From an uncultured Desulfobacterales bacterium (lineage in GTDB: Bacteria > Desulfobacterota > Desulfobacteria > Desulfobacterales > CAJINA01), in contig CAZWPX010000021.1 of NCBI GenBank assembly GCA_964636125.1, positions 14,045 through 78,044 of the forward strand: a DNA stretch of 64,000 nucleotides, written 5' to 3'. The translations under genes were made by a program, and so were the position numbers. Positions within the stretch are counted from its first letter, which is position 1. Each line of letters opens with the position of its first letter. The notes beneath the pieces were generated by a model. That model saw only the letters and a list, made by a program, of their open reading frames with translations. It did not search any database and was not told the DNA's origin. Below are positions 8,951 through 18,478 of the stretch, one piece after another.

Positions 8951-9520
8951 TGAAAGGCAAAAGAAAACAAGGGTTGCGATTTAGGTCGCCGCCTCTTGTT
9001 TCGTTTCTGCTACCACTTGTTGAAAAAATGGTCTTTTCCAGCCTGCAGGCCGCCTTCTGATTTACCGGATTTATCAGGTGAGCATACACATTCAAAGTGA
9101 CCACTGGACTTGCATGACCCAATTGAGATTGAATGTATTTAATATTCTCACCCTGTTCGATCAATAGCGATGCGTAGGTGTGCCTCAAATCGTGAAAACG
9201 GATGTATGGCAATTTAGCTTTTTTCAGGGCAGGGTAAAAGTGCCTTTGAATCATATTGCCATGATCCAACGGCCCCCCGGATTTGTTCGGAAAAATTAAA
9301 TCAAGTTCACTTGGCGGGCAGGCAAGGTGCCACTTTTTATGGCTGCCATCATTGCAGGCCCTATATCAATTTTGCGGTTAGATGTTTTTGACTTCGGCCT
9401 GTACCATGCGCCTTCGTTAAAGGTGCGTTTGATGTGAATCTGGTTGTTAAACCAATCAACATCTGTCCATTTAAGGCCGAATAATTCTCCCTGTCGGGCA
9501 CCGCTGAAAATCGCCAACAT
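8951..9520 (-). pseudogene. Tyrosine recombinase (phage integrase family) remnant, N-terminally truncated and frameshifted
   Basis: Two ORF pieces in different frames. One is 9296..9520 (SGARQGELFGLKWTDVDW, catalytic Arg box). The other is 8856..9269 (IRFHDLRHTYAS ... LGHASPVVTLNVYAHL, the H-x-x-R and Tyr boxes). The frame changes near the T5/A5 run at 9334-9338. The arm and core-binding domains are absent. The reading frame runs on into the tRNA fragment. Confidence 0.8.
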
Positions 9521-9764
9521 TAAAAAGAAAACAGGAATTGGAGGTGCAGATGGATCAAATCCAAATAGCGTTCCTGTTTCTGGGTTGCATTTTCAGATTC
9601 ACTCCAGTAGCATAACAATTGTCGAGCAAGGAAATCGGGATTCTCATTCTCATTATACCTCTGCCGAAGCTTCACCCCACCGGACCGCACCCTGTTTTCG
9701 GAAAATTACTCCTCCTCTGAAACCGGGAATCCCTGAAATTGACATCTTAATTAAAGGTGAAATC

Positions 9765-12700
9765 ATGAGAGTTCAACGATTCTCAGGCCTTTTTACCCTC
9801 GTTTGGATCTTGTTTCTCCTGATCCTGACTTTTCCTCTCCATGCCCGATCGACCCCGAAGTGGCGGCTGGCGCAGTTGCCTTCCGGTGGTGTCCCCCCGG
9901 ACCTGACGGCCATCTCCGGTGCCCGGGTCCAATCGATGTCTTCCAAGCTCGGGCCGAGACTTCGGCGGCTCATCATGCAAAAAAAAGTCGTACGCCATAG
10001 TTTAGGTCATTTACCGGCCGCATCGCCATCCCCATCGTCAGATTCCGAAAACATCCGGGTCGTATTCGAGATGCACTCGGTCACCGATCAGGACGTGGCC
10101 CGCATCACCTCGAATGGAGGACGGATCATCAGAAAACTCGACAGGCGCATCGCCGTTTCCCTGCCCGAAGACCGGATCATGTCCGTTGCCGAATCCCTTG
10201 ACAATGCCACATCGGTCCGCTTGCCTTTCCGGTTCTTTCCCACGGAGGTACCCGGCGAAGGCGTCAACCTTACCGGGGCCAATGCCTTTCACCGGCAGGG
10301 TATGACCGGGCGTGGCGCCAAGGTGGCCGTCATCGACGTCGGGTTCAAGGGCCTGACCGAGGCCCGGGCCAGCGGGGACCTCCCCAACGACGTCCACACC
10401 ATGGATTTTACCGGTAATGGACTGGAGACCCAGTACCTGCATGGGACGGCCTGCGCGGAGATCGTCCACGACATGGCCCCCTATGCCGAACTGCATCTTC
10501 TCAAAGTTTCCGATGAAATCGATGTCCAGGGTGCGTTCGACTACTGCCTTGCCAACCAGATTCGAATTATCAGCCTCTCGATCGGCATCGTGGGCAGCGG
10601 GCCGGGAGACGGCACCGGCCCGCTGGCGGACATGGCCGACCAGGCCCGGGCCAGCGGGGCACTGATCGTGGCGGCGGCAGGAAATTTCGGCAGCCAGGCC
10701 GACACCACCGTGGTGGACGGCCAGCCTATCACGATTACCCTCGGTTCCCACTGGGAAGGAACCTTTACCGACAACAACGCAGACGGCTTTCACGAATTTT
10801 CGGGCATTGACTACAACGTGATCGGAACCGTGGCGGGTTTTGACGACGACGGGAACCCTGAAACCAACGAGCTGACCATCATTCTCCGCTGGAACGACTG
10901 GCCCCTGGGCACCACCGATTACGATCTGTTCCTGTTCGACTTCAATACCGGAGAGCTGGTGACCGGTTCGACCGTGGTCCAGGACGGAACCCAGCCGCCA
11001 TTGGAGGTTATATCCTTCGACGTGCCTGACAGCCAGACCGAAGCGCGTTTCTACAGCGTGGTTGTGCAAAAGCCCGATGGTGAACCGGCCGGTGTGGAGA
11101 TGGAAATCTACCTTGGCAACTACTGCCTTTTCGCACCCTGGATGGAGCATCCCTCTCCCATCATCACCACCACCAGCAACATCGCGGAACCCGCCGATGC
11201 CGAAAGTGTGCTGGCCGTGGGTGCCATCAATTTCTCCGATTGGGAAACAGGGCCCCAGGAAAGCTTCAGTTCACAGGGGCCAACCAATGCCTGGGCCGGC
11301 AGTGCGGCCAGATTCAAACCGGACATCATGGGGCCGGACGGTGTGAATACCTCCACTTACTCAACCGAGGGGTTTGCCGGAACGTCGGCCGCTGCCCCGC
11401 ACGTTGCCGGGGCGGCAGCCCTTCTGGCGGGTGCCTATCCTTTTCTGGGCCCCGATGATCTTGAAGACCGGCTTGTGAAGTCGGCCATCGATATGGGATC
11501 CAATGGAAGAGACAATATTTACGGCCATGGCCGCCTGAGCGTCGACATTCAGTTTGCCGACTGGCTTCCCGGCACCGATAGCGCCGCGTTGAAAGCCATT
11601 TTGGGAGATGACCTGCGCGACCGGATTTATTATGGTGATGCAGCAAACGACGAACTGGTCATCATCGATTCCGTTAGCGGTCGGGTGGCCCGCCGCCTGC
11701 CGATGAACAGCCGTTTCGATGAACTGGCCATCAGCAAGGACGGTTCCATTCTCGCGGTGGCCGGGGGCGATCTTGTCGTCATGGACCTGGATTCACTGAT
11801 TCCCAGGAAAATGGATACAAACCTCGATACCCAATCGGTCGCCTTCGATCACCGGGGGCAGCTTTTCATTTCCACTACCGAAGGGTTCGATGACATCTAT
11901 CATTACGATCCGGACACTGAATCCATCATCACCAGCTTTGGCCTCAGCCATGATTTGTCCACCAGCTGGTCGCCGGACATTCTTCAGACCGATTCCCAGG
12001 GCACTATCCTGCTGGCGGCTATAGATTCGGGGGCTCTGTTCAAATTCGATGTCAGTGGTGCTACGCCGGTATTCATGGCGGAGGACAGCGGCGGCATTGG
12101 CATGATCTGGCAACTCCTCGTGGCGCCTGGGGGAGATGAAATTTACAGCGGAACCAAGATTCTAAGCGCGGCTGACCTGTCTGTAGTGGATTCGTTCCTC
12201 CTGCCGAGTGATTCCGTGGTCGGGTACAATTTTCGGGGCATGGACACGGACCTTGCCGGAAGCTTGGTTTACATCTCTGCAGATGGAAATTATGGCGATG
12301 CTGTTTTCCAATTCGACGCTGCCCAGAGAACCCTGCTAAAGTCCTACGATATTGCCGGCAACCACTCTACTGACAGTCCGGCCTCCCGGGGTATGGTGAC
12401 CGATCGCTTCGACAAAAGTGCATTTGTCGTCATAAGGAAATCCATCAATGGATATGCAGTTCAACTGGTGGCCCTGGAGTCTTTATTTTCCGTGAGGGTG
12501 CCGGCGGTTTTTCTCGAAAGCGACGGAACGGCGACCGGCAAGGGAACGGTGCACCTGAGTGAAGCCCGGTCAGAAAATTTCGCAGTGACATTGGTTTCAG
12601 AGCAGCCGGAAATTCTCTCGGTGCCGTCCACGGTAACGGTTCCGGCCGGGCAGACGATGGTCGAATTCGATGTCACCCTGACCGACAACGCCCTGCCCAG

Positions 12701-15020
12701 CGGTTCCAGGGAAGTGACCATCACCGCCGAGGCCGCCGGCCTGCCGACCCGGCTGGCAGCTGCCGTGGTTCACGACGATGAGGCGACCGTCATCAGCCTG
12801 TCACTTCCCACTTCAGTGTCGGAAGATGATGGCGTGGTCACCGGGATGGCCACCGTGTCGATCGATTCTCCGGCCGGGATGGATGTCGATGTCCACCTGT
12901 CCGTGAAGCCTGTCGGCGAGGTTTTCGTTCCGGCGATTGTTACGATCCATTCAGGTGAAAGCAGTGCGGAGATAGACATTCACGTGGTCGATGACGAGTT
13001 CTTCGACGGCGCCCGCGAAGTCCGTATTGACGCCCGGGTGGAAGGCTGGACGCCGGCCAGCGCCACGATGGTCGTGGAAGACAACGAGTTGAGTGATCTG
13101 ACTATCACCCTTCCCGGGTTGGTTTTCGAGGGGAGCGGGGTTCTCTCAGATTCGGGGAACGTATCCGTACCCGGCATCCTGCTGTCCGATCTGGTTGTCA
13201 ACCTCTCCATGACCGGGTTTCGCGAAATCACCCTGCCCGACACCGTGACCATCCCGGCCGGCAGCGGTTCGGCTACCTTTGACATTACGGTCACCGACGA
13301 CTGGATAGTGGACGGGGACCAGACGATTACCATCGCCGCCTCCGCCGATGGCTGGGCATCGGCCCAAGGGCCCGTCACGGTCGTTGACACCCTGCGATTT
13401 CGACCGGAATTCCGGACCCACGATGATGCCGCTTCCAATCAGCAACGTCCGGCAGCAGCCGGTCTGGCCGGCGGCGGGTTTATCGTTGCCTGGCAAACTG
13501 ATGATATTCTGGCACGGCGCTTCGACAACCGGGGAGAACCCCAGGAAAACGAGATAATGGTCAATTCATATACCACCGGAATTCAGACCCAGCCTGCAGC
13601 GGCCGGTCTGGCCGGAGGGGAATACGTGGTTGTCTGGCAATCCCGCTACCAGGATGGAAGCGGGGAAGGGATATATGCCCGTTTGTTCAATGGTACCAGC
13701 AACGTGTTGACCGATGAGTTGCCGGTCAACACCACCACGGATAATAACCAGGCTTACCCGGCGGTGGCCGATCTGGCTGACGGCGGCTTCGTGATCGCAT
13801 GGCAGTCTTACCAACAGGACGGCAGCGGGGAAGGTATTTATGCCCGGATATTCGACGCTTCCGGGAATCCTTTGACCGATGAACTGCCGGTCAACATCCA
13901 GACCGACTTGAATCAGTCACACCCGTCGGTGGCCGGTCTGGCCGGCGGCGGGTTTGTCGTATCGTGGGATTCCTACATCGATGCCGAACACCAGAACGAC
14001 ATTTTATGCCGGGTGTTCGATGCCGGCGGAAATCCGCTGACCGATGAACTGCCGGTCAACACGTATGCCGAGTCAAGCCAGAGCAATCCGTCATCGGCCG
14101 CGTTGGCCAACGGCCATTTCGTCATCACCTGGCAATCCTATCTCCAGGACGGGTTCGGAGACGGTGTGTTTGCCCGAACTTTCGATGCTGCCGGAAACCC
14201 GTTGACCGGCGAACTGCCGGTCAACAGCATCACCGCTGGCAGCCAATATTATCCGGCAGCGGCCGGCCTGGAAAATGGCAGATTCAGCATTGCCTGGTAC
14301 AGTTACATGTCGGGGGCATATCTCAATGGGATCTTTACCCGCATCTTCAGTTCGAACGGGAACCCTGAAACCGATGAATTCCAAGTCAATGCCGGAAGCC
14401 TCGGCAGCCTGCCCGAACCAGGCATCGCCGGTCTGGACATGGGAGAATTCGTTATCGTTTGGGAAAAATATCAGTCGGGTACATACGACGACGTTTTTGG
14501 CCAGATCCTCACCCAGGACACCGATGTGGATGATGACGGCATTCCCGGCGTCCAGGAGGATCTTGACCACAGCGGCACGGTCGAAACGGGAGAGACCCAT
14601 CCTTGGATGGGCGACACCGACGGTGACGGTATACAGGACGGTACGGAAAAGGGCCTGACGCTTGCCGATGTCGGTCCGGACACGGATCTTTCCGTATTCA
14701 TCCCCGATGCGGATCCGACGACCCTGCTCGACCCTGGCGATCCGGACACGGACCACGACGGGATTGCCGATGGCGCGGAGGATACCGATGCCAATGGCCG
14801 CTTCGATCCCGGAGAGACCGATCCGCTCTTTATGGCCGGCGACTTGGATGACAGCGGTGCAGCCGATCTTGCCGATGCCATCCAGCTTTTCCAGATGGCT
14901 GCCGGCCTGCCGACGGATCCCGGCGCCTTCCACCCCGGCGCCGACATGGACGGCGACAATGTTTTCAGCCTGGGCGAAGCGGTTTTCATTTTACAGCGGC
15001 TGTCCGGCCTCCGCCCCTGA
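9765..15020 (+). CDS. Secreted subtilisin-like (S8) serine protease, 1751 aa, with Calx-beta-like repeats, 7 x ~55-aa propeller-like repeats, TSP3 repeats and a C-terminal double dockerin-like module
   Basis: Start at MRVQRFSGLFTLVWILFLLILTFPLHA after RBS AAAGGTG. Catalytic triad motifs VAVIDVGF, HGTACAEIVH and GTSAAAPHVAGAAALL. Repeats of the form AGLAGGGFVV.WQSY.QDGSGEGIYAR.FD..GNPLTDELPVN. C-terminal DLDDSGAADLADAIQLFQMAAG ... DMDGDNVFSLGEAVFILQRLSGLRP. Confidence 0.85.
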   Translation: MRVQRFSGLFTLVWILFLLILTFPLHARSTPKWRLAQLPSGGVPPDLTAISGARVQSMSSKLGPRLRRLIMQKKVVRHSLGHLPAASPSPSSDSENIRVVFEMHSVTDQDVARITSNGGRIIRKLDRRIAVSLPEDRIMSVAESLDNATSVRLPFRFFPTEVPGEGVNLTGANAFHRQGMTGRGAKVAVIDVGFKGLTEARASGDLPNDVHTMDFTGNGLETQYLHGTACAEIVHDMAPYAELHLLKVSDEIDVQGAFDYCLANQIRIISLSIGIVGSGPGDGTGPLADMADQARASGALIVAAAGNFGSQADTTVVDGQPITITLGSHWEGTFTDNNADGFHEFSGIDYNVIGTVAGFDDDGNPETNELTIILRWNDWPLGTTDYDLFLFDFNTGELVTGSTVVQDGTQPPLEVISFDVPDSQTEARFYSVVVQKPDGEPAGVEMEIYLGNYCLFAPWMEHPSPIITTTSNIAEPADAESVLAVGAINFSDWETGPQESFSSQGPTNAWAGSAARFKPDIMGPDGVNTSTYSTEGFAGTSAAAPHVAGAAALLAGAYPFLGPDDLEDRLVKSAIDMGSNGRDNIYGHGRLSVDIQFADWLPGTDSAALKAILGDDLRDRIYYGDAANDELVIIDSVSGRVARRLPMNSRFDELAISKDGSILAVAGGDLVVMDLDSLIPRKMDTNLDTQSVAFDHRGQLFISTTEGFDDIYHYDPDTESIITSFGLSHDLSTSWSPDILQTDSQGTILLAAIDSGALFKFDVSGATPVFMAEDSGGIGMIWQLLVAPGGDEIYSGTKILSAADLSVVDSFLLPSDSVVGYNFRGMDTDLAGSLVYISADGNYGDAVFQFDAAQRTLLKSYDIAGNHSTDSPASRGMVTDRFDKSAFVVIRKSINGYAVQLVALESLFSVRVPAVFLESDGTATGKGTVHLSEARSENFAVTLVSEQPEILSVPSTVTVPAGQTMVEFDVTLTDNALPSGSREVTITAEAAGLPTRLAAAVVHDDEATVISLSLPTSVSEDDGVVTGMATVSIDSPAGMDVDVHLSVKPVGEVFVPAIVTIHSGESSAEIDIHVVDDEFFDGAREVRIDARVEGWTPASATMVVEDNELSDLTITLPGLVFEGSGVLSDSGNVSVPGILLSDLVVNLSMTGFREITLPDTVTIPAGSGSATFDITVTDDWIVDGDQTITIAASADGWASAQGPVTVVDTLRFRPEFRTHDDAASNQQRPAAAGLAGGGFIVAWQTDDILARRFDNRGEPQENEIMVNSYTTGIQTQPAAAGLAGGEYVVVWQSRYQDGSGEGIYARLFNGTSNVLTDELPVNTTTDNNQAYPAVADLADGGFVIAWQSYQQDGSGEGIYARIFDASGNPLTDELPVNIQTDLNQSHPSVAGLAGGGFVVSWDSYIDAEHQNDILCRVFDAGGNPLTDELPVNTYAESSQSNPSSAALANGHFVITWQSYLQDGFGDGVFARTFDAAGNPLTGELPVNSITAGSQYYPAAAGLENGRFSIAWYSYMSGAYLNGIFTRIFSSNGNPETDEFQVNAGSLGSLPEPGIAGLDMGEFVIVWEKYQSGTYDDVFGQILTQDTDVDDDGIPGVQEDLDHSGTVETGETHPWMGDTDGDGIQDGTEKGLTLADVGPDTDLSVFIPDADPTTLLDPGDPDTDHDGIADGAEDTDANGRFDPGETDPLFMAGDLDDSGAADLADAIQLFQMAAGLPTDPGAFHPGADMDGDNVFSLGEAVFILQRLSGLRP

Positions 15021-15315
15021 TCCGGATGCCGGCTGCCGCCAATAATGGTGGTCCTGAAAAAAGCCCCTCAGGAACTACTGCTGAGAAATATGACGGACAA
15101 ATGGCGGCATACCGGATTCAACGTGTTTGCCGGTCCGCGCATTTTGCCCGAAACGAAAATTCAATGGCCGGAAAATTTTCGGAGAGTTCTATGACCGCGG
15201 GATAATTGATAAAGCTGCCGCGAAGCGGTTTCGTGCATCTTGCCAAATAAGCAATATATCATTTTATTTCCACAGGTTGCGATATATAGCAGAAAACGTA
15301 ACAGGGCTAATTAAT

Positions 15316-17580
15316 GTGAAATCGTATGGAAAACTGGTTATTTTTATTTTTAGGCGGTGTTTTTTACTCCTGGCCCTATCCGGGATACTGTTGCTTCCAG
15401 TGATTTCTTTCGCAATAATTGTGGGCGATATCAATAACAATCACCACATCGAACTCGATGATGCAATACTAGTCCTTCAAGCTATTTCAGATATAATTCC
15501 CCCAGGCACAACGATGCATTCAGAAGCTACTGTAAACATCGATAATCGCATCGGCATGGAAGACGCTATTTTTGTGCTTCAAATTTTGGCTGACATACGA
15601 CAACATCCCGATACTGACGATGATACGGACGGTTACACTGAGAACCAAGGCGATTGTGATGACACCAATCAGACTGTTTATCCGGGTGCGACCGAAACCT
15701 GTGGGGACGGTATCGATGAGGATTGCAACGGAGAAGATCAGCAGTGCACCCCGAACAATATCTATGTGGTCGAGAATTATAATCTCGCCCAGGGTGATTT
15801 TATGCCATCAGAAAGTTTTACCATCTCTGGAGGTAGGTTGCGGTTTTCTGGAGATGGAAGTGATGATTTCGAACTTGCCTATTGGAATGGAGGTTATAAT
15901 CCTTCCAATAATTGGTATCCTCAGCCGGGACATTCGAATTATTTTGATAATTTTCATGTTTCTGTTGATACCAGTTGGGACGAGGGCGAATTAAATTGGT
16001 ACTATGGACTTGTTGTTTGTTTGAACAAAGGCAGCTCAGGCTATGACGAATGGATCAGTTTTGTAATTTCAAAAAACGGCTACTACAACATCGGAAAAGT
16101 TAAGAATAATGAGTATATTGAAATAGTCGGATGGACACGAAGCTTCTTGCTAAATATCAATGGGCAAAATAATAAATTGGCGATTCAAAAACAGGCCGAT
16201 CATTTCAGGTTTTTCATAAACAACTACGAAGTCGGAAATATGGCCATAGAAGGATTCCAGGGTGGGGCCATAGGCCTTCAAATCAGTGAGCATGTAGACG
16301 CAAGTTTTGATGACTACACGGTAAACGATGCATATCAGGGGCAAATAGCGATTCCCTCGGAAGGATATATCCAGGAAAGAAACGAGCTAATCCATAAAAC
16401 TATGACCACCACCTACCTGTGGTATGATCAGGTGCTACAAATTGATTATTGGAGTTATGCATCAGCAGAAGATCTGGTTAGAGATCTGAGGTACAACAGT
16501 CTGGACAAATGGAGTTATATCACAACAAAAGAAACCTACGACAGCCTTTTTAAAGAGGGGCAATATCTTGGTATTGGATTTGGATTAAAACGAGTAAATA
16601 ACAATGAATGTAATGTATCGTTTGTGTATCGGAATTCGCCTGCCGACAATGCAGGTATAAAAAGAACCGATACCCTTCTTGAGATTAACGGAAAGACAAT
16701 TGCTCAAATCGACGAAAACAGTCTCTGGGAAACTGTTTTCGGGGAGGACCTGACAGGCATCGAGGTCGGTTTGAAAATAAGAACGGCTATAGGTGAAATA
16801 AGAGAGTTAACCGTGAGAAAGGCTATGGTAGATATAAACGCTGTTGTTCACAGTGAAATCATCGAACAAAGCGGTACAAAGGTTGGATATCTGGTATTTA
16901 ATAAATTTATTACCACCGCCATGAATGAACTGGAGACTGTTTTTTCTGATTTTAAAGGGGAGGGAATCCAAGAATTAATTATAGACTTACGATACAACCC
17001 TGGTGGTAAAATATATATTGCCAATTATCTTGCAAGTATGATCGGGGGGGATTTGGTTGCAAACCAGGTCTTTTCAAAATTCACCCACAACGACAGATAC
17101 CAGGTGTGGGATACTCAATATCATTTTGAGAAACCAGAAGGTGCTCTCAATCTTGATCGGCTTTTTGTTATCACTACAAATGATTCTTGTTCTGCCAGTG
17201 AAATGGTTGTAAACAGCCTGCAACCTTTTATTAATGTTGTGATGATAGGAGATACAACCTGCGGAAAGCCTGTGGGTATGCATGGATATGACATTTTTGA
17301 TCTGCACATTAGCCCGATTGAGTTCAAGGGTTTGAATGCCGATGATATAGGAGAATATTACAGCGGCTTGCAGCCAACGTGCTTTGCAGAAGATGGGTTA
17401 CAGTATTCATTTGGCGAAAGCGGCGAGGACTCTCTCAAACATGCGCTATATTACATTGATAACGATACTTGTATAATTGAGCAGTCAAGTGTCTCTGCAC
17501 TAAGAATGATAGAGGGAATAAAAGAAAAGATAGAGCCGCCACTCCTGTACGGTTTCAAAAAAGAGATTGGGGCATTTTAA
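15316..17580 (+). CDS. Secreted S41 (C-terminal processing/tail-specific type) peptidase with an N-terminal double dockerin-like module, a Cys-rich MopE-type motif and a PDZ domain
   Basis: Probable GTG start at VKSYGKLVIFIFRRCFLLLALSGILLLPVISFA (signal peptide). Dockerin-like module GDINNNHHIELDDAILVLQAISD ... NIDNRIGMEDAIFVLQILADIR. Cys-rich motif DTDGYTENQGDCDDTNQTVYPGATETCGDGIDEDCNG. PDZ-like stretch YRNSPADNAGIKRTDTLLEINGKTI. S41 motifs IDLRYNPGG, NDSCSASEMV and GDTTCGKPVG. Confidence 0.8.
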   Translation: MKSYGKLVIFIFRRCFLLLALSGILLLPVISFAIIVGDINNNHHIELDDAILVLQAISDIIPPGTTMHSEATVNIDNRIGMEDAIFVLQILADIRQHPDTDDDTDGYTENQGDCDDTNQTVYPGATETCGDGIDEDCNGEDQQCTPNNIYVVENYNLAQGDFMPSESFTISGGRLRFSGDGSDDFELAYWNGGYNPSNNWYPQPGHSNYFDNFHVSVDTSWDEGELNWYYGLVVCLNKGSSGYDEWISFVISKNGYYNIGKVKNNEYIEIVGWTRSFLLNINGQNNKLAIQKQADHFRFFINNYEVGNMAIEGFQGGAIGLQISEHVDASFDDYTVNDAYQGQIAIPSEGYIQERNELIHKTMTTTYLWYDQVLQIDYWSYASAEDLVRDLRYNSLDKWSYITTKETYDSLFKEGQYLGIGFGLKRVNNNECNVSFVYRNSPADNAGIKRTDTLLEINGKTIAQIDENSLWETVFGEDLTGIEVGLKIRTAIGEIRELTVRKAMVDINAVVHSEIIEQSGTKVGYLVFNKFITTAMNELETVFSDFKGEGIQELIIDLRYNPGGKIYIANYLASMIGGDLVANQVFSKFTHNDRYQVWDTQYHFEKPEGALNLDRLFVITTNDSCSASEMVVNSLQPFINVVMIGDTTCGKPVGMHGYDIFDLHISPIEFKGLNADDIGEYYSGLQPTCFAEDGLQYSFGESGEDSLKHALYYIDNDTCIIEQSSVSALRMIEGIKEKIEPPLLYGFKKEIGAF

Positions 17581-17689
17581 AAAATGGATCACGATTCGTC
17601 AGTATCTTAAGAAATAGGATTTAGTTATACAACACCAACGTTGCACTTAAAGAAGCGTAAGCGTCCAATTAACCCCATCTTCACAGAAT

Positions 17690-18127
17690 TTGAAAGGTAA
17701 TGCAGCTAAATATAAATCAATTGTGATTGACGCTTTAAAAGAATCTTTACACGCTAATAATAGTCTAATTACCCCGGTATATTCATATTACGATATTGGT
17801 GATGCTTATAGCTTTAATAAACTTGACAACATTATTAGAAAGCCCAAGGAAACATGGATGAAACAAAGTTTTTTTTCACGGCCTGAACCAAATGTGGATA
17901 AGATAATTAAATTGGGGACACAAATACAAGCTGATGTAGTATTACTTTATTATCTTAGAGTTGGCGGTTCAACAGACCTCATCAATTCCTACCTGATAGA
18001 TATCAAATCTCGGAAAGTAATTTTGGCCGAAGAGACAACTGAGGAATTTACAGCAGGTGAAGGAGCAGCCAAAGTTATAAAAACCACAAACGAGGTGTTC
18101 CAACGCTTAAAAAAGAGCGGACAGTAG
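17690..18127 (+). CDS. Hypothetical protein (145 aa), possibly 5'-truncated
   Basis: AT-rich ORF with only a TTG start, no RBS and no signal peptide. Confidence 0.3.
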   Translation: MKGNAAKYKSIVIDALKESLHANNSLITPVYSYYDIGDAYSFNKLDNIIRKPKETWMKQSFFSRPEPNVDKIIKLGTQIQADVVLLYYLRVGGSTDLINSYLIDIKSRKVILAEETTEEFTAGEGAAKVIKTTNEVFQRLKKSGQ

Positions 18128-18226
18128 GACACATCGGCACACAATGTGCTCAGTCCTCCTTTGAACCTTTAACTCGGAGGACTTCACAATGCCCCACCAA
18201 AATGACAAAGATGGATAGAAGTTTTT

Positions 18227-18478
18227 TTGAAAAAAGAACAGTCGGCCAGGGTCAACCGGTGGACACAGAGTATCGCGACCGGCAGTCAGGGTTTTGTCGA
18301 GCATGTCAAACAGAAGCTTGGCAGCATTGCACGTGGCCGGCAGGTTGTAAATGCAGGCGGCACGAATCATGAACTTAAAGAAGCCCTGTCATTGTACGGT
18401 GATCGACCCGGCCGGCGTATAGGCGACAACACAATCAGGTGGGAGGTTCTACCTTCAACGAGCGTGCAATTACCTTAA
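18227..18478 (+). pseudogene. Possible 3' remnant of an IS200/RayT-like (REP-associated tyrosine) transposase gene
   Basis: RWTQSIATGSQGFVEHVKQKLGSIARGRQVV....HELKEALSLYG....GDNTIRW resembles, from my memory only, the conserved C-terminal tail of that family. The catalytic N-terminal part is absent. Confidence 0.3.

Noticed and set aside
9444-9764. The 107-codon N-terminal extension of the 1858-aa track ORF
   Set aside because: The extension has no signal peptide or RBS and runs antisense through the integrase remnant. The ATG at 9765 has an RBS and starts a classic signal peptide.
10038-11150. A 370-aa antisense ORF. The same class of long overlapping ORFs occurs at 11793..12113, 12980..13438, 14091..14933, 58098..58640, 58768..59448 and 62180..63154
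   Set aside because: These are shadow ORFs typical of GC-rich coding DNA. The opposite or alternative frame carries clear catalytic and domain motifs, while these frames show none and have biased Arg/Gly/Pro composition.
15127-15315. The N-terminal extension (TTG start) of the S41 peptidase ORF
   Set aside because: There is no RBS and the sequence is basic and of low complexity. The signal peptide begins at the GTG at 15316.
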